Shown: positions 1 through 8,285 of the stretch, in pieces | Layout: each line of letters opens with the position of its first letter | How positions within the stretch are numbered: the first letter of the stretch is position 1 | NCBI GenBank assembly: GCA_011523445.1 | Contig: WTGT01000318.1 | Location: 1 to 32,706, forward strand | Direction of reading: 5' to 3' | DNA: 32,706 nucleotides | Source of the DNA: Paracoccaceae bacterium | GTDB lineage: Bacteria > Pseudomonadota > Alphaproteobacteria > Rhodobacterales > Rhodobacteraceae | Notes under the pieces: model-generated | Told to the model about the DNA's origin: nothing | Seen by the model: the letters and a program-made list of their open reading frames with translations, nothing else | Database searches by the model: none | Made by a program: the position numbers and the translations under genes

Positions 1-1001
1 ATCATGAACACATACAGCGATACCGAGGCCAGAGCCGGAAGGCTCAAGGGCAAGGTTATTTTCCAAATCACGACTAGCCGGGACAAGCCATCCATCAACC
101 CAGCCTCTTCGACTTCTGTGGGCAAGCCCCGAAAATAACCCTGTAGCATATAAAGGGCAACAGGTATGGTTGTCACCGGATAAATCAAAATGATACCAAT
201 TATTGTATTCCTGAGACCAGTTGTGGAAAAAACAACATAGATTGGGAGAGCAAGAACGATCATCGGCACCATGTAAATCAACAATATGGAACGAGAAAGG
301 GCTCCTTGGCCGGCAAATCTGAATCTGGCAATGGCATACGCCCCAGGCACACTGAACAACAATGTGATTACAACCGTCGTGATCGAAACAACGAAGCTGG
401 TTATCATGTAGGTTCCAAAGTTGAAATCGTTGAACAACTCAAAATAACTACGCAGTAATCCCCATCCCTTTTCGAAATCCAAGGAAAAATCCAAGGGGTT
501 AAGCAAAAGTGCCTGTTGGGATTTAAGACTGGTCATGACCATGACATAAAAAGGAATCAGGACAATGGCCGTAAAGAAAACCAGACCTGAACCGGTCAGA
601 AAACGAATAAAACATTCCTCAAATTCATGTCTGGTCAAATTGCCCCAAGGACAATCCGTCAGGTATTTGACCAGAGCCCACCCAGTAGCAATACTGAACA
701 ACAATGAGCTTAGTCCCTGCATGCTCAATGGAATGCTATCTCCATAAGCCAATGGGCCCAAACTCACGAATGGCAGAATTATGGCAAGCATAAAGGCTGC
801 CGGTATAATTATTAAGTGGCTTTGGAATCGGACTGTCAACAAGCCCAGAAGTAAGCCCGACAGAATGCTGCCCCACAATGTGGGTAAAAAGGCGCCGCCT
901 GTTGCAAAGGCCATGAGTATTGAAACTGAAGTGGAAACCACCAAAGTCCAGAATATGCCAATTATAGGCCCTGTGATGTAACCATAATACAAACGCTTCA
1001 C
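1..1001 (-). CDS. ABC transporter permease, MalG/CUT1 type. 3' end lies outside the window. N-terminal extension of about 4 extra TM helices.
   Basis: Not in the ORF track because no stop codon falls inside the window. Hand translation of the minus strand (codon first bases at coordinates = 2 mod 3) is open from 1001 down to 1. It ends with the permease EAA loop ...LYMLQGYFRGLPTEVEEAGLMDGLSRLVVIWKITLPLSLPALASVSLYVFM. Candidate starts are GTG 1001 (GTGA overlap with the upstream stop at 998-1000), GTG 941 and ATG 914. The start is uncertain. Confidence 0.8.
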   Translation of the reverse strand, partial: MKRLYYGYITGPIIGIFWTLVVSTSVSILMAFATGGAFLPTLWGSILSGLLLGLLTVRFQSHLIIIPAAFMLAIILPFVSLGPLAYGDSIPLSMQGLSSLLFSIATGWALVKYLTDCPWGNLTRHEFEECFIRFLTGSGLVFFTAIVLIPFYVMVMTSLKSQQALLLNPLDFSLDFEKGWGLLRSYFELFNDFNFGTYMITSFVVSITTVVITLLFSVPGAYAIARFRFAGQGALSRSILLIYMVPMIVLALPIYVVFSTTGLRNTIIGIILIYPVTTIPVALYMLQGYFRGLPTEVEEAGLMDGLSRLVVIWKITLPLSLPALASVSLYVFM

Positions 1002-2245
1002 AAGCCTTCCTCCTGGCTGATGAAACGGAAAAAGAAAAGGCTGAACAACAGGAGAAAGAGCATGATGATAACGGCAACAGCCGCACCGGCACCTATGTTT
1101 GATATGCCGAAAGCCTGTTCATAAACATTGACTGTCAAGGTCCTTGTTCCCGCATTACCTCCTGTCAATAGGAAAATGTCGTCAAACTTGTTGAAGGTCC
1201 AAATGAATCTCAGCAGGAACAAAATGCTCAAGATCCCTAGCAATTGGGGAATGCTCAGGTACCAGAATTTCTGGAATGGGGATGCTCCATCCATATCTGC
1301 AGCTTCATACATGTCAAAATCAATGGCCTGCATGCGAGCAAGTATAAACAGGAAGGAAAGTGGGAAATAGCGCCAAACCTCGAACAGGGTTACCATGATC
1401 AGGGCCAATGGTCTTTGCCCAAAGAAATTGATGGCTTCCTCGGTTAAACCCATCTGAACAATCAGGGTGTTTATGGACCCCGAAAACGGATCCAGCAAAT
1501 TTATCCAGGTAAAGGCTACAGCAATTACTGGTGCTACGTAAGGGAAAAGGAAAAATCCCCGGAGTATGCCCTGACCCCGGAAACTGGTGTTGAGCAACAA
1601 GGCTGCAAACAAACCGAAGACAAGCGCCCCCACCGTCCCGAAGAATGTATAGAACAAGGTGGTCCACAGGACCGTGAAAAATTCCTTCTGGTCAAACAGT
1701 TTCCTGAAATTGTCAAAGGTGAATTCAGTGTTGGTCAATACACTGTCGGCATCTCCCCTCGCCCGCGGTTGACTTTCTTCTGCCAGATCTTCCGCAACAT
1801 CGGGTGACCCCGTAATTGTTGCCGGAATTCTGAACCTTTCCCTGAATCCTCCTTCTATATTGCCGAAATCACAATCCAGATTACTTCCCTGGGACAGTGA
1901 ACAGTTTTCGGGCAGTTCTAGTAACTCAATCTCGGAAGGTATTATGTCCGTAAACCCTGCATCGGCAATTGGTGCTTCCTGCGATGAGTTTCGTACACGA
2001 TATTCGACTTCGTATACTTCACCACCAGTTCGAACATTTTCCCTGATGACTAGGGTTGTTGGTCGTAAATCGCCAAGATCAATTGGCTTTACGCTTATCC
2101 AGACGATGGCAAATAGGGGTAGAATTACAACCAGTGATACGATTATCACTGTAGGCAAAAGCATAAACCAGGCAAATCTGGCATCTCTTTGAGCTAGTTT
2201 TCCTCGCCCTTTAGGTGGTTCCATCAAATTCCGAATAATTTGCAT
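998..2245 (-). CDS. ABC transporter permease, MalF/UgpA CUT1 type, with a large periplasmic insert after TM1
   Basis: 415-aa ORF. It has TM1 (FAWFMLLPTVIIVSLVVILPLFAIVWISV) and an EAA-type loop (MQAIDFDMYEAADMDGASPFQKFWYLSIPQL). Position in the operon is between the binding protein and the second permease. Confidence 0.88.
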   Translation of the reverse strand: MQIIRNLMEPPKGRGKLAQRDARFAWFMLLPTVIIVSLVVILPLFAIVWISVKPIDLGDLRPTTLVIRENVRTGGEVYEVEYRVRNSSQEAPIADAGFTDIIPSEIELLELPENCSLSQGSNLDCDFGNIEGGFRERFRIPATITGSPDVAEDLAEESQPRARGDADSVLTNTEFTFDNFRKLFDQKEFFTVLWTTLFYTFFGTVGALVFGLFAALLLNTSFRGQGILRGFFLFPYVAPVIAVAFTWINLLDPFSGSINTLIVQMGLTEEAINFFGQRPLALIMVTLFEVWRYFPLSFLFILARMQAIDFDMYEAADMDGASPFQKFWYLSIPQLLGILSILFLLRFIWTFNKFDDIFLLTGGNAGTRTLTVNVYEQAFGISNIGAGAAVAVIIMLFLLLFSLFFFRFISQEEGL

Positions 2246-2248
2246 GAT

Positions 2249-2272
2249 GGCAGCGGGTTGAACCCCGCTGCC
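2249..2272 (-). promoter_or_regulatory. Intercistronic GC-rich stem-loop between the binding-protein gene and the first permease gene
   Basis: ggcagcggg (2249-2257) pairs perfectly with cccgctgcc (2264-2272), leaving a 6-nt loop. It sits in the 37-nt spacer and ends 3 nt before the permease ATG (2245). There is no U-tract, so it is not a classical intrinsic terminator. Confidence 0.6.
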
Positions 2273-2282
2273 AAGAAGAATT

Positions 2283-3629
2283 TTAGTTTATTGCAGCCAA
2301 TTCGCTGTTAAGGGCAGCCACGGTTGCTGCGGCATCCATGTTGCCATCGATGTATTCCCTTACCAAACGATTGATGACCTGACTGTTGATAATCTTCGAT
2401 GCCAAGGAAAGTTGTCCCTCGGTTACACCCCATCTTTGGGCGACATCAAGTCCACCAACAATCTCGTCGATCATGTCCTGCGAATAGAGGTCACCCAGCG
2501 GGGCTTTTCTGTCCACACCGACCGGAAGCATTGACCAAGCTTCCTTGAACATATCCGGATCATCTGCAGTACCGGCGCGAACGGGGAACTTGCCCTCGGG
2601 CGCAATGGCCAGGGTTTGTGTATAACCCTCGTTCATCGAGAACTCAACAAATGCCATCGCCGCATCTGTATCCGCATCAGTGGTGATACCAAAGTATCTG
2701 ACATCTCCCCATGCAGCTCCATCAGGATTAGAGGGTCCTGCGAAGTTGGTAACAATTCCGGTCTTCGAGGCCAATTCTGGTGAAGTTGGATCATCATTGA
2801 TCGTTGGGGGTGCATTATCACGAAGACCTGCCAGTTCATCCAAGATGAATGGTGACCAGATGATCATTGCTGCCTGACCGGCAAAATACAATTCCCTGGA
2901 CTGCTTCCAATAGAGTTCTCCCGGAGGTGAAGCTTCGGCTATGGCCTTGTAAAACTCAAGAACTTCTGTGGTTGCGTCAACATCTAATGGGGCGAACCCA
3001 TCGCTGTCTACCGGGGAAACCCCGTTGGCTAGGAAAACATGCTCCAGCACTTGGCTCATGAAGTTTTCATCAACCTTAGTAGCTGCTACAAAACCGTACA
3101 TCTCGGGTGGATTGTGAAGGGCAGCTATCGCATCAATGACATTTTGATAAGTGGTCGGCGGTTGCAAACCCATTTCATCGAACTTGTCCTTGCGGTAAAC
3201 AACCATTTGTGTCCAGCCATCTACCGGTACGGAAGTGACATCTTCACCGTAGGCAGCCATCGCAATCGGACCAGGTGAGAAGGTATCTGCACCAAGACTA
3301 TTCAGCACATCGGTGGCTGCTCCGGTATCAAGAATCCCTTCCTCGGCCCAGGGTAAGGCATATTGAAGTGGGTGATAAATTACATCCGGTAGGTCTCCTG
3401 CTGCAAAAGCTGCAGTTGCACGTGTTCCGAGATCGGTTTCCGTAACCGGAATTACTTCAACAGAAATACCGGAAGCAGCTTCAAATTGTGCTGCCATATC
3501 CTGTTGTCTAGCTAAACGGGCGGGTTGCTCTTCGGTTGTCCAAAAACGGATAGTATCTGCATAGATACTTGAGCCAACCAAAGTCACTGCAAAACCGGCC
3601 AAAACCAAAGTTTTGGTTAAAATTTTCAT
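2283..3629 (-). CDS. ABC transporter extracellular solute-binding protein (family 1, carbohydrate type)
   Basis: The track ORF runs 2283..3809. The signal peptide MKILTKTLVLAGFAVTLVGSSIYA starts at the internal ATG 3629, which is preceded by GGAGA (3636-3640 on the minus strand). The 60 codons upstream look non-coding. It heads a binding protein-permease-permease operon. Confidence 0.85.
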   Translation of the reverse strand: MKILTKTLVLAGFAVTLVGSSIYADTIRFWTTEEQPARLARQQDMAAQFEAASGISVEVIPVTETDLGTRATAAFAAGDLPDVIYHPLQYALPWAEEGILDTGAATDVLNSLGADTFSPGPIAMAAYGEDVTSVPVDGWTQMVVYRKDKFDEMGLQPPTTYQNVIDAIAALHNPPEMYGFVAATKVDENFMSQVLEHVFLANGVSPVDSDGFAPLDVDATTEVLEFYKAIAEASPPGELYWKQSRELYFAGQAAMIIWSPFILDELAGLRDNAPPTINDDPTSPELASKTGIVTNFAGPSNPDGAAWGDVRYFGITTDADTDAAMAFVEFSMNEGYTQTLAIAPEGKFPVRAGTADDPDMFKEAWSMLPVGVDRKAPLGDLYSQDMIDEIVGGLDVAQRWGVTEGQLSLASKIINSQVINRLVREYIDGNMDAAATVAALNSELAAIN

Positions 3630-3923
3630 GTGGTTTTCTCCAAAATATGTAATGATAATTACTAAACTATCCCAAGAATTGGGATTGGAACGGTTTATAG
3701 TTATTTTTTCCACTTTACAAGCAACAATTGGTTTTTTTGTCATACCAAACTTAGTTTTAAGTGGATTTTTACATAAAAATACAGCATATCTTCGGGTAAT
3801 CTCCTTCAACCAAAAAAGTAATGCCAGTTGTTATCTTGATAGAATCTATACCGCTTTCTTGAAGGCAATCTTGGCTTATATTATTTTTGCACATTCAAAA
3901 TCAATAACCTGAAAGTCTCTGTC

Positions 3924-4928
3924 ATGTTGAAAAAAAATGTACGAACCAATCTCCACGATTTAACCGAAGGTATGGATGCAAAGGAGTGTTATCACCCTAA
4001 TGCCCAATGGTGGGGAAGCCATCCATTTAACGAATTGCAGGGGATTGATTCCATCAATGGCGTTTGGAAAAGCATCAGGGAAGCCCTTCCCGATCTCGAA
4101 AGAAGGGACAGCATTTTCGTAATGGGAAAAAATGTACCGGATGATAGGGTTGCCTTTTCCATGGCTGGCAATCTAATGGTTGCGTCATTAAGCCATTACC
4201 AAGGAACATTCCGGAAGCCCTTATGTGGCATTCCAGCCAACCACAAGGTGGTCAATTTACGAAGTTGTGAAGTACACCGTTTGGTGGAAGGTAAAATATC
4301 CCACTCCTATGTTTTGGTTGATTTTCTCGATTTAATGAATCAGGTTGGGCTATGGCCTCTGGTACCTTCACTTGGGAGTGAGGGATTGTGGCCTGGTCCG
4401 GCAACCTCTGATGGTGTAAGGGATGACTTGGAAAGCCCTTCGGAAGATAACAAGTCAATTGAGGTAGTCCTGCAAATGCACCATGCTCTCCATCAATTCG
4501 ATGGAATAAACATTGAATCCATGCCTATGGATGAATACTGGACACCCAATTTTCAATATTATGCAGCATCCGGCATAGGTACATCCCGTGGTTTGACCGG
4601 TTTCAGGTGTCATCACCAGATACCCTTCCTGAATGCATTCCCGGATAGAAAGGGCTCGGGGCACTATATAAGAATATCAGAAGGCAATTTTGCTGTAACC
4701 GGAGGGTGGCCCTCGGTGGAAGCAACTCATAAGGGGGAATGGTTGGGATTGCCCGGAACAGGCAAGACAATTGGCATGAGGGTAATGGATTTTTATCGGC
4801 TGGAAGATGGCAAAATTGCTGAAAATTGGGTGCCAATTGATATAATCCATGCCCTGAAACAAATGGGATTTGATGTATTCGCCCGCCTCAAGCACATTCT
4901 TGGAGACCCCGAGACCAATATTCGTTGA
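3924..4928 (+). CDS. Tandem NTF2-fold / SnoaL-like (predicted ester cyclase) two-domain protein
   Basis: 334 aa. Both halves end with the SnoaL/ester-cyclase-like pattern: ...GIPANHKVVNLRSCEVHRLVEGKISHSYVLVDFLDLMNQVG and ...GLPGTGKTIGMRVMDFYRLEDGKIAENWVPIDIIHALKQMG. The family call is from memory of the motif. Confidence 0.55.
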   Translation: MLKKNVRTNLHDLTEGMDAKECYHPNAQWWGSHPFNELQGIDSINGVWKSIREALPDLERRDSIFVMGKNVPDDRVAFSMAGNLMVASLSHYQGTFRKPLCGIPANHKVVNLRSCEVHRLVEGKISHSYVLVDFLDLMNQVGLWPLVPSLGSEGLWPGPATSDGVRDDLESPSEDNKSIEVVLQMHHALHQFDGINIESMPMDEYWTPNFQYYAASGIGTSRGLTGFRCHHQIPFLNAFPDRKGSGHYIRISEGNFAVTGGWPSVEATHKGEWLGLPGTGKTIGMRVMDFYRLEDGKIAENWVPIDIIHALKQMGFDVFARLKHILGDPETNIR

Positions 4929-4935
4929 TTCGATC

Positions 4936-5736
4936 TCAATTGGTTGGAGAATATTCAATGGATGGGCCAAGTGTTGATCCGGCATCGGATAGTAGCAATT
5001 GACCTGTTGTTTTGGTTGCATCTATCGCTAAAAATACCACAGCTTGGGCAATCTCCTCTGGTTCACAGATGTCCTGCAGTGCTGAATTTTGTGCAAATTC
5101 ACCCTTGATCTGATCAAGTCTTTCCTGACCGACATAATCCAAAAACCAGTTTGTGTTTACAAAACCCGGCAAAACACAATTTACCCTCACGTTCGGAGCA
5201 AGCATTTTTGCCAATGCAAACGAAAGGGAATTTACGGCACCCTTGGAGGCAATATAACCCAGTGAACTCCCACTTCCGTTTTGGGAAGCAATCGAGGAAA
5301 AATTTACGATAGCTCCATTGTTACTTTTCTTTAGATATGGTGCCGAGGCTCTGGCCATCTGGTAAATTCCAATTACATTGACGCCGTAAATTCTGAGAAA
5401 ATCTTCCGAGTTCTGGTTTTCAAGATCGGTGAGTTGGGTAAATTGGGTGGTCGCAGCACAACAAATCAGGGCATCTATCCCTCCAAAAGTCTCCACCGCT
5501 CTTGCAACAACATTCCGACATTCCTGATCGGCTGAAACATCGCCATAAACGGCAATGGCCCTGACACCAAGGTTCTCGCACTCAGAAACCACTTTTTCTG
5601 CCTGTTCCGGATAATCAAAATAATTGATTACAATATTATATCCTCTTTGAGCCATGGCCCGGGAACAGCAGGCTCCTATTCCTGTAGCTCCACCGGTGAT
5701 CAATGCCACCTTGTTGTCATTTCTAGTTACATTCAT
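4936..5736 (-). CDS. SDR family oxidoreductase (classical, YxxxK present)
   Basis: Cofactor motif KVALITGGATGIG and catalytic YIASK are present. Likely start is ATG 5736 (MNVTRND...), with AGGAA 7 nt upstream. The track ORF extends to 5760. Confidence 0.85.
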   Translation of the reverse strand: MNVTRNDNKVALITGGATGIGACCSRAMAQRGYNIVINYFDYPEQAEKVVSECENLGVRAIAVYGDVSADQECRNVVARAVETFGGIDALICCAATTQFTQLTDLENQNSEDFLRIYGVNVIGIYQMARASAPYLKKSNNGAIVNFSSIASQNGSGSSLGYIASKGAVNSLSFALAKMLAPNVRVNCVLPGFVNTNWFLDYVGQERLDQIKGEFAQNSALQDICEPEEIAQAVVFLAIDATKTTGQLLLSDAGSTLGPSIEYSPTN

Positions 5737-5991
5737 ACCGTCATTCCTAAAGTTTTTCATTATTTGAGGTCTGGCATGGCCAGGAAAAATGCTCTTCTAC
5801 ACAATTTTTCATCATGAGTAAAACCTATTATTTAATCTAGAGAAAAGACAATATTATGCAGTTTGGTCGGTTAATAAAAATCTGAATTCGGGTGGTTTTG
5901 ATGATTGCAATTCAAATATATACTTTGGAAACATTCGATTTCTGCATGGCGTAGTAATTACATAGATTAAATTAGGAGTTGGGTTGCAAGC

Positions 5992-7014
5992 GTGGACATA
6001 GACTGCCATCATATTGACAGGTTTCTCAAGAACATGTTTCCCGACTTGACGGGTGACCTCCATATCCAGAAAACAACAGGTGGTCAATCCAATCCAACCT
6101 ATATTCTATCGTACAACGACAGGGTCTATGTTCTTCGAAGACGTCCTGATGGTGTTTTACTGCCTTCCGCACATTCAGTCTCCCGAGAGTTTCGTGTTCA
6201 AAAAGCATTGGAACATACAGGTGTGAAGGTTCCCAAAATGATATCACACTGTGAGGATGAATCTGTCGTTGGGACAGAATTCTATCTCATGAGTTATATT
6301 CCTGGTCGGGTTTTCCACGACAACTTCCTAACAGGAGTTGATATTACCCAAAGAAGAAAAATGTATTTTGAAATGGCACGGATGTTGGCGAAAATTCACG
6401 CTGTTGACATCCACAAGGTCGGCTTGGATACCTTTGGCAAGCATGGGAATTACTTTGCACGTCAAATTCACCGATGGAGCAAGCAATGGCATCTCTCCAA
6501 GCCATCAGATAACAGGCATATCAATCACCTTACAGGGTGGTTGGCTGACAATATTCCTGACGATGATGAAACAACTCTGGTTCATGGTGATTATCGAATA
6601 GGCAATCTTGTTTTCGACACAAAACATCCTTCAGTTGAGGGTGTTCTGGATTGGGAATTGTCAACTTTGGGACATCCTCTGGCAGATTTGGCCAATTGTT
6701 GTGCCTATGCATGGTTCCTGAATTCAGACGAATACGGACATGGGATAAGGGATTTGAATTTGAAGGAGCAGGGATTGCCTTCAATCGAAGAGTTCATAGA
6801 TATTTATCATCAGGAATCCAATCTGAAGGAAAAATTGACTAATTTCCATTTATCCTTTGCCTTATTTAGAATGTCGGTAATATTTACAGGAGTTGCTGAT
6901 AGGGCCAGACGGGGTAATGCGGCCTCCGGCAATGCCCTTGAATTAGGTAAGGTTGCACCAAAACTTGCCCAAAGGGGTTTCGAATTAACCAAACAGAAAA
7001 TTGCCGGTGTATAA
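5992..7014 (+). CDS. Phosphotransferase-family (APH-like) kinase of the type paired or fused with ACAD10/11-type dehydrogenases
   Basis: GGQSNPTYIL nucleotide-binding region and HGDYRIGNLVFD catalytic loop, followed by DWELSTLGHPLADL. GTG start at 5992; the RBS spacing is poor, so the start is uncertain. Confidence 0.8.
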   Translation: MDIDCHHIDRFLKNMFPDLTGDLHIQKTTGGQSNPTYILSYNDRVYVLRRRPDGVLLPSAHSVSREFRVQKALEHTGVKVPKMISHCEDESVVGTEFYLMSYIPGRVFHDNFLTGVDITQRRKMYFEMARMLAKIHAVDIHKVGLDTFGKHGNYFARQIHRWSKQWHLSKPSDNRHINHLTGWLADNIPDDDETTLVHGDYRIGNLVFDTKHPSVEGVLDWELSTLGHPLADLANCCAYAWFLNSDEYGHGIRDLNLKEQGLPSIEEFIDIYHQESNLKEKLTNFHLSFALFRMSVIFTGVADRARRGNAASGNALELGKVAPKLAQRGFELTKQKIAGV

Positions 7015-7040
7015 ACAATCGAATTCATATTGAGAATCAG

Positions 7041-8264
7041 ATGCATTTTGAACCGACGAAAAAAGTAACCCAGTTGAAAGAACAACTAAATTCCTTCATG
7101 GAAAAGCATATCATTCCCGCTGATGTGGAATTTCAACAAATCGCCGAAACTGGTACCTACCCAATTGAATTAATCAATAGATTAAAGGTTTTAGCCAGAA
7201 AGGAAGGGCTTTGGAATCTGTTTCTGCCAGGTCTCAAGAACAACGAACCTGGCACGAGACTCAGCAATGTGGAATATGCCCCTCTTGCCGAAATCATGGG
7301 CCGTTACCCCTGGGCCTCAGAAGTTTTCAATTGCAGTGCACCGGATACCGGCAATATGGAACTGCTGCATTTGTTCGCAACACCTGAACAGGAACAAACC
7401 TGGTTAAAACCCTTGTTGGATGGGTCCATCCGTTCCGCAGTATCAATAACTGAACCTGATGTGGCTTCTTCCGACCCAACGAATCTGCAAACAACCATAG
7501 AGCGTGATGGGGACCATTTCGTCATCAATGGGAAAAAATGGTTCACGACGGGTGCCCTCCACCCCAATTTCAAATTCACTATGGTTCTGGGTGTTTCAGA
7601 TCAAAACGAAGATTCTCCTCGCCACCAGCGACATAGTTTCGTCCTTGTTCCAGCCGAAACAGAGGGATTGAGGATCATCAGGAATTTACCGATCATGAAC
7701 CATTTGGCTCTTGAGGGTCACTGTGAATTGGAGTTTAGTGACGTTAGGGTTCCCATTACCCATCTGGTTGGGGAAGAAGGCAAGGGTTTTGCACTTGCCC
7801 AAGCACGTTTGGGGCCAGGAAGGGTTCACCATTGCATGAGGACCATAGGGCAATGTGAAAGAGCACTGGAGTTAATGTGTCAACGAGCCCTAGGTCGTCA
7901 GGCTTTCGGCAGGAATCTGTCAGAATTCTCGAACATCCAGGACTGGATTGCGGAAAGCAGAATGGAAATTGATCAGGCCCGCCTGTTGAATCTCTATGCC
8001 AGTTGGCTGATGGATACCCAGGGAAACAAGGCTGCCAGAATATTGATTTCGGAAATAAAGGTTGTTGCAACCAGATTGCAAACCAGAGTATTGGACCGGG
8101 CGATTCAGGTTTGGGGAGCAGCAGGGTTAACCAATGATACACCATTATCATACCTGTGGTCATGGGGTCGTGCACTTCGGTTCATAGATGGTCCGGATGA
8201 AGTGCATCTTCGGTCGATTGCCAGGGCTGAACTCAAAAAGTACAATACCAACAAGGTACAATAA
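7041..8264 (+). CDS. Acyl-CoA dehydrogenase, ACAD10/ACAD11/FadE2-like subfamily
   Basis: 407 aa with GLWNLFLPG, SITEPDVASSDPTNL and ARLGPGRVHHCMRTIG, all typical of this ACAD subfamily. It lies 26 nt downstream of the kinase gene. Confidence 0.85.
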   Translation: MHFEPTKKVTQLKEQLNSFMEKHIIPADVEFQQIAETGTYPIELINRLKVLARKEGLWNLFLPGLKNNEPGTRLSNVEYAPLAEIMGRYPWASEVFNCSAPDTGNMELLHLFATPEQEQTWLKPLLDGSIRSAVSITEPDVASSDPTNLQTTIERDGDHFVINGKKWFTTGALHPNFKFTMVLGVSDQNEDSPRHQRHSFVLVPAETEGLRIIRNLPIMNHLALEGHCELEFSDVRVPITHLVGEEGKGFALAQARLGPGRVHHCMRTIGQCERALELMCQRALGRQAFGRNLSEFSNIQDWIAESRMEIDQARLLNLYASWLMDTQGNKAARILISEIKVVATRLQTRVLDRAIQVWGAAGLTNDTPLSYLWSWGRALRFIDGPDEVHLRSIARAELKKYNTNKVQ

Positions 8265-8285
8265 TCCAGTGCCCATATTGCAGGA

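Noticed and set aside
3630-3809. 60-codon N-terminal extension of the binding-protein ORF as listed in the track (2283..3809)
   Set aside because: The extension is AT-rich and has no signal-peptide character. A canonical signal peptide begins at the internal ATG 3629 with a GGAGA RBS. The extension is most likely non-coding leader.
3613-3912. 99-aa plus-strand ORF in the divergent intergenic region
   Set aside because: It lies in an AT-rich promoter region and overlaps the start of the binding-protein gene. The composition is low-complexity and Ile/Phe/Lys-rich, with no recognisable motif or RBS.
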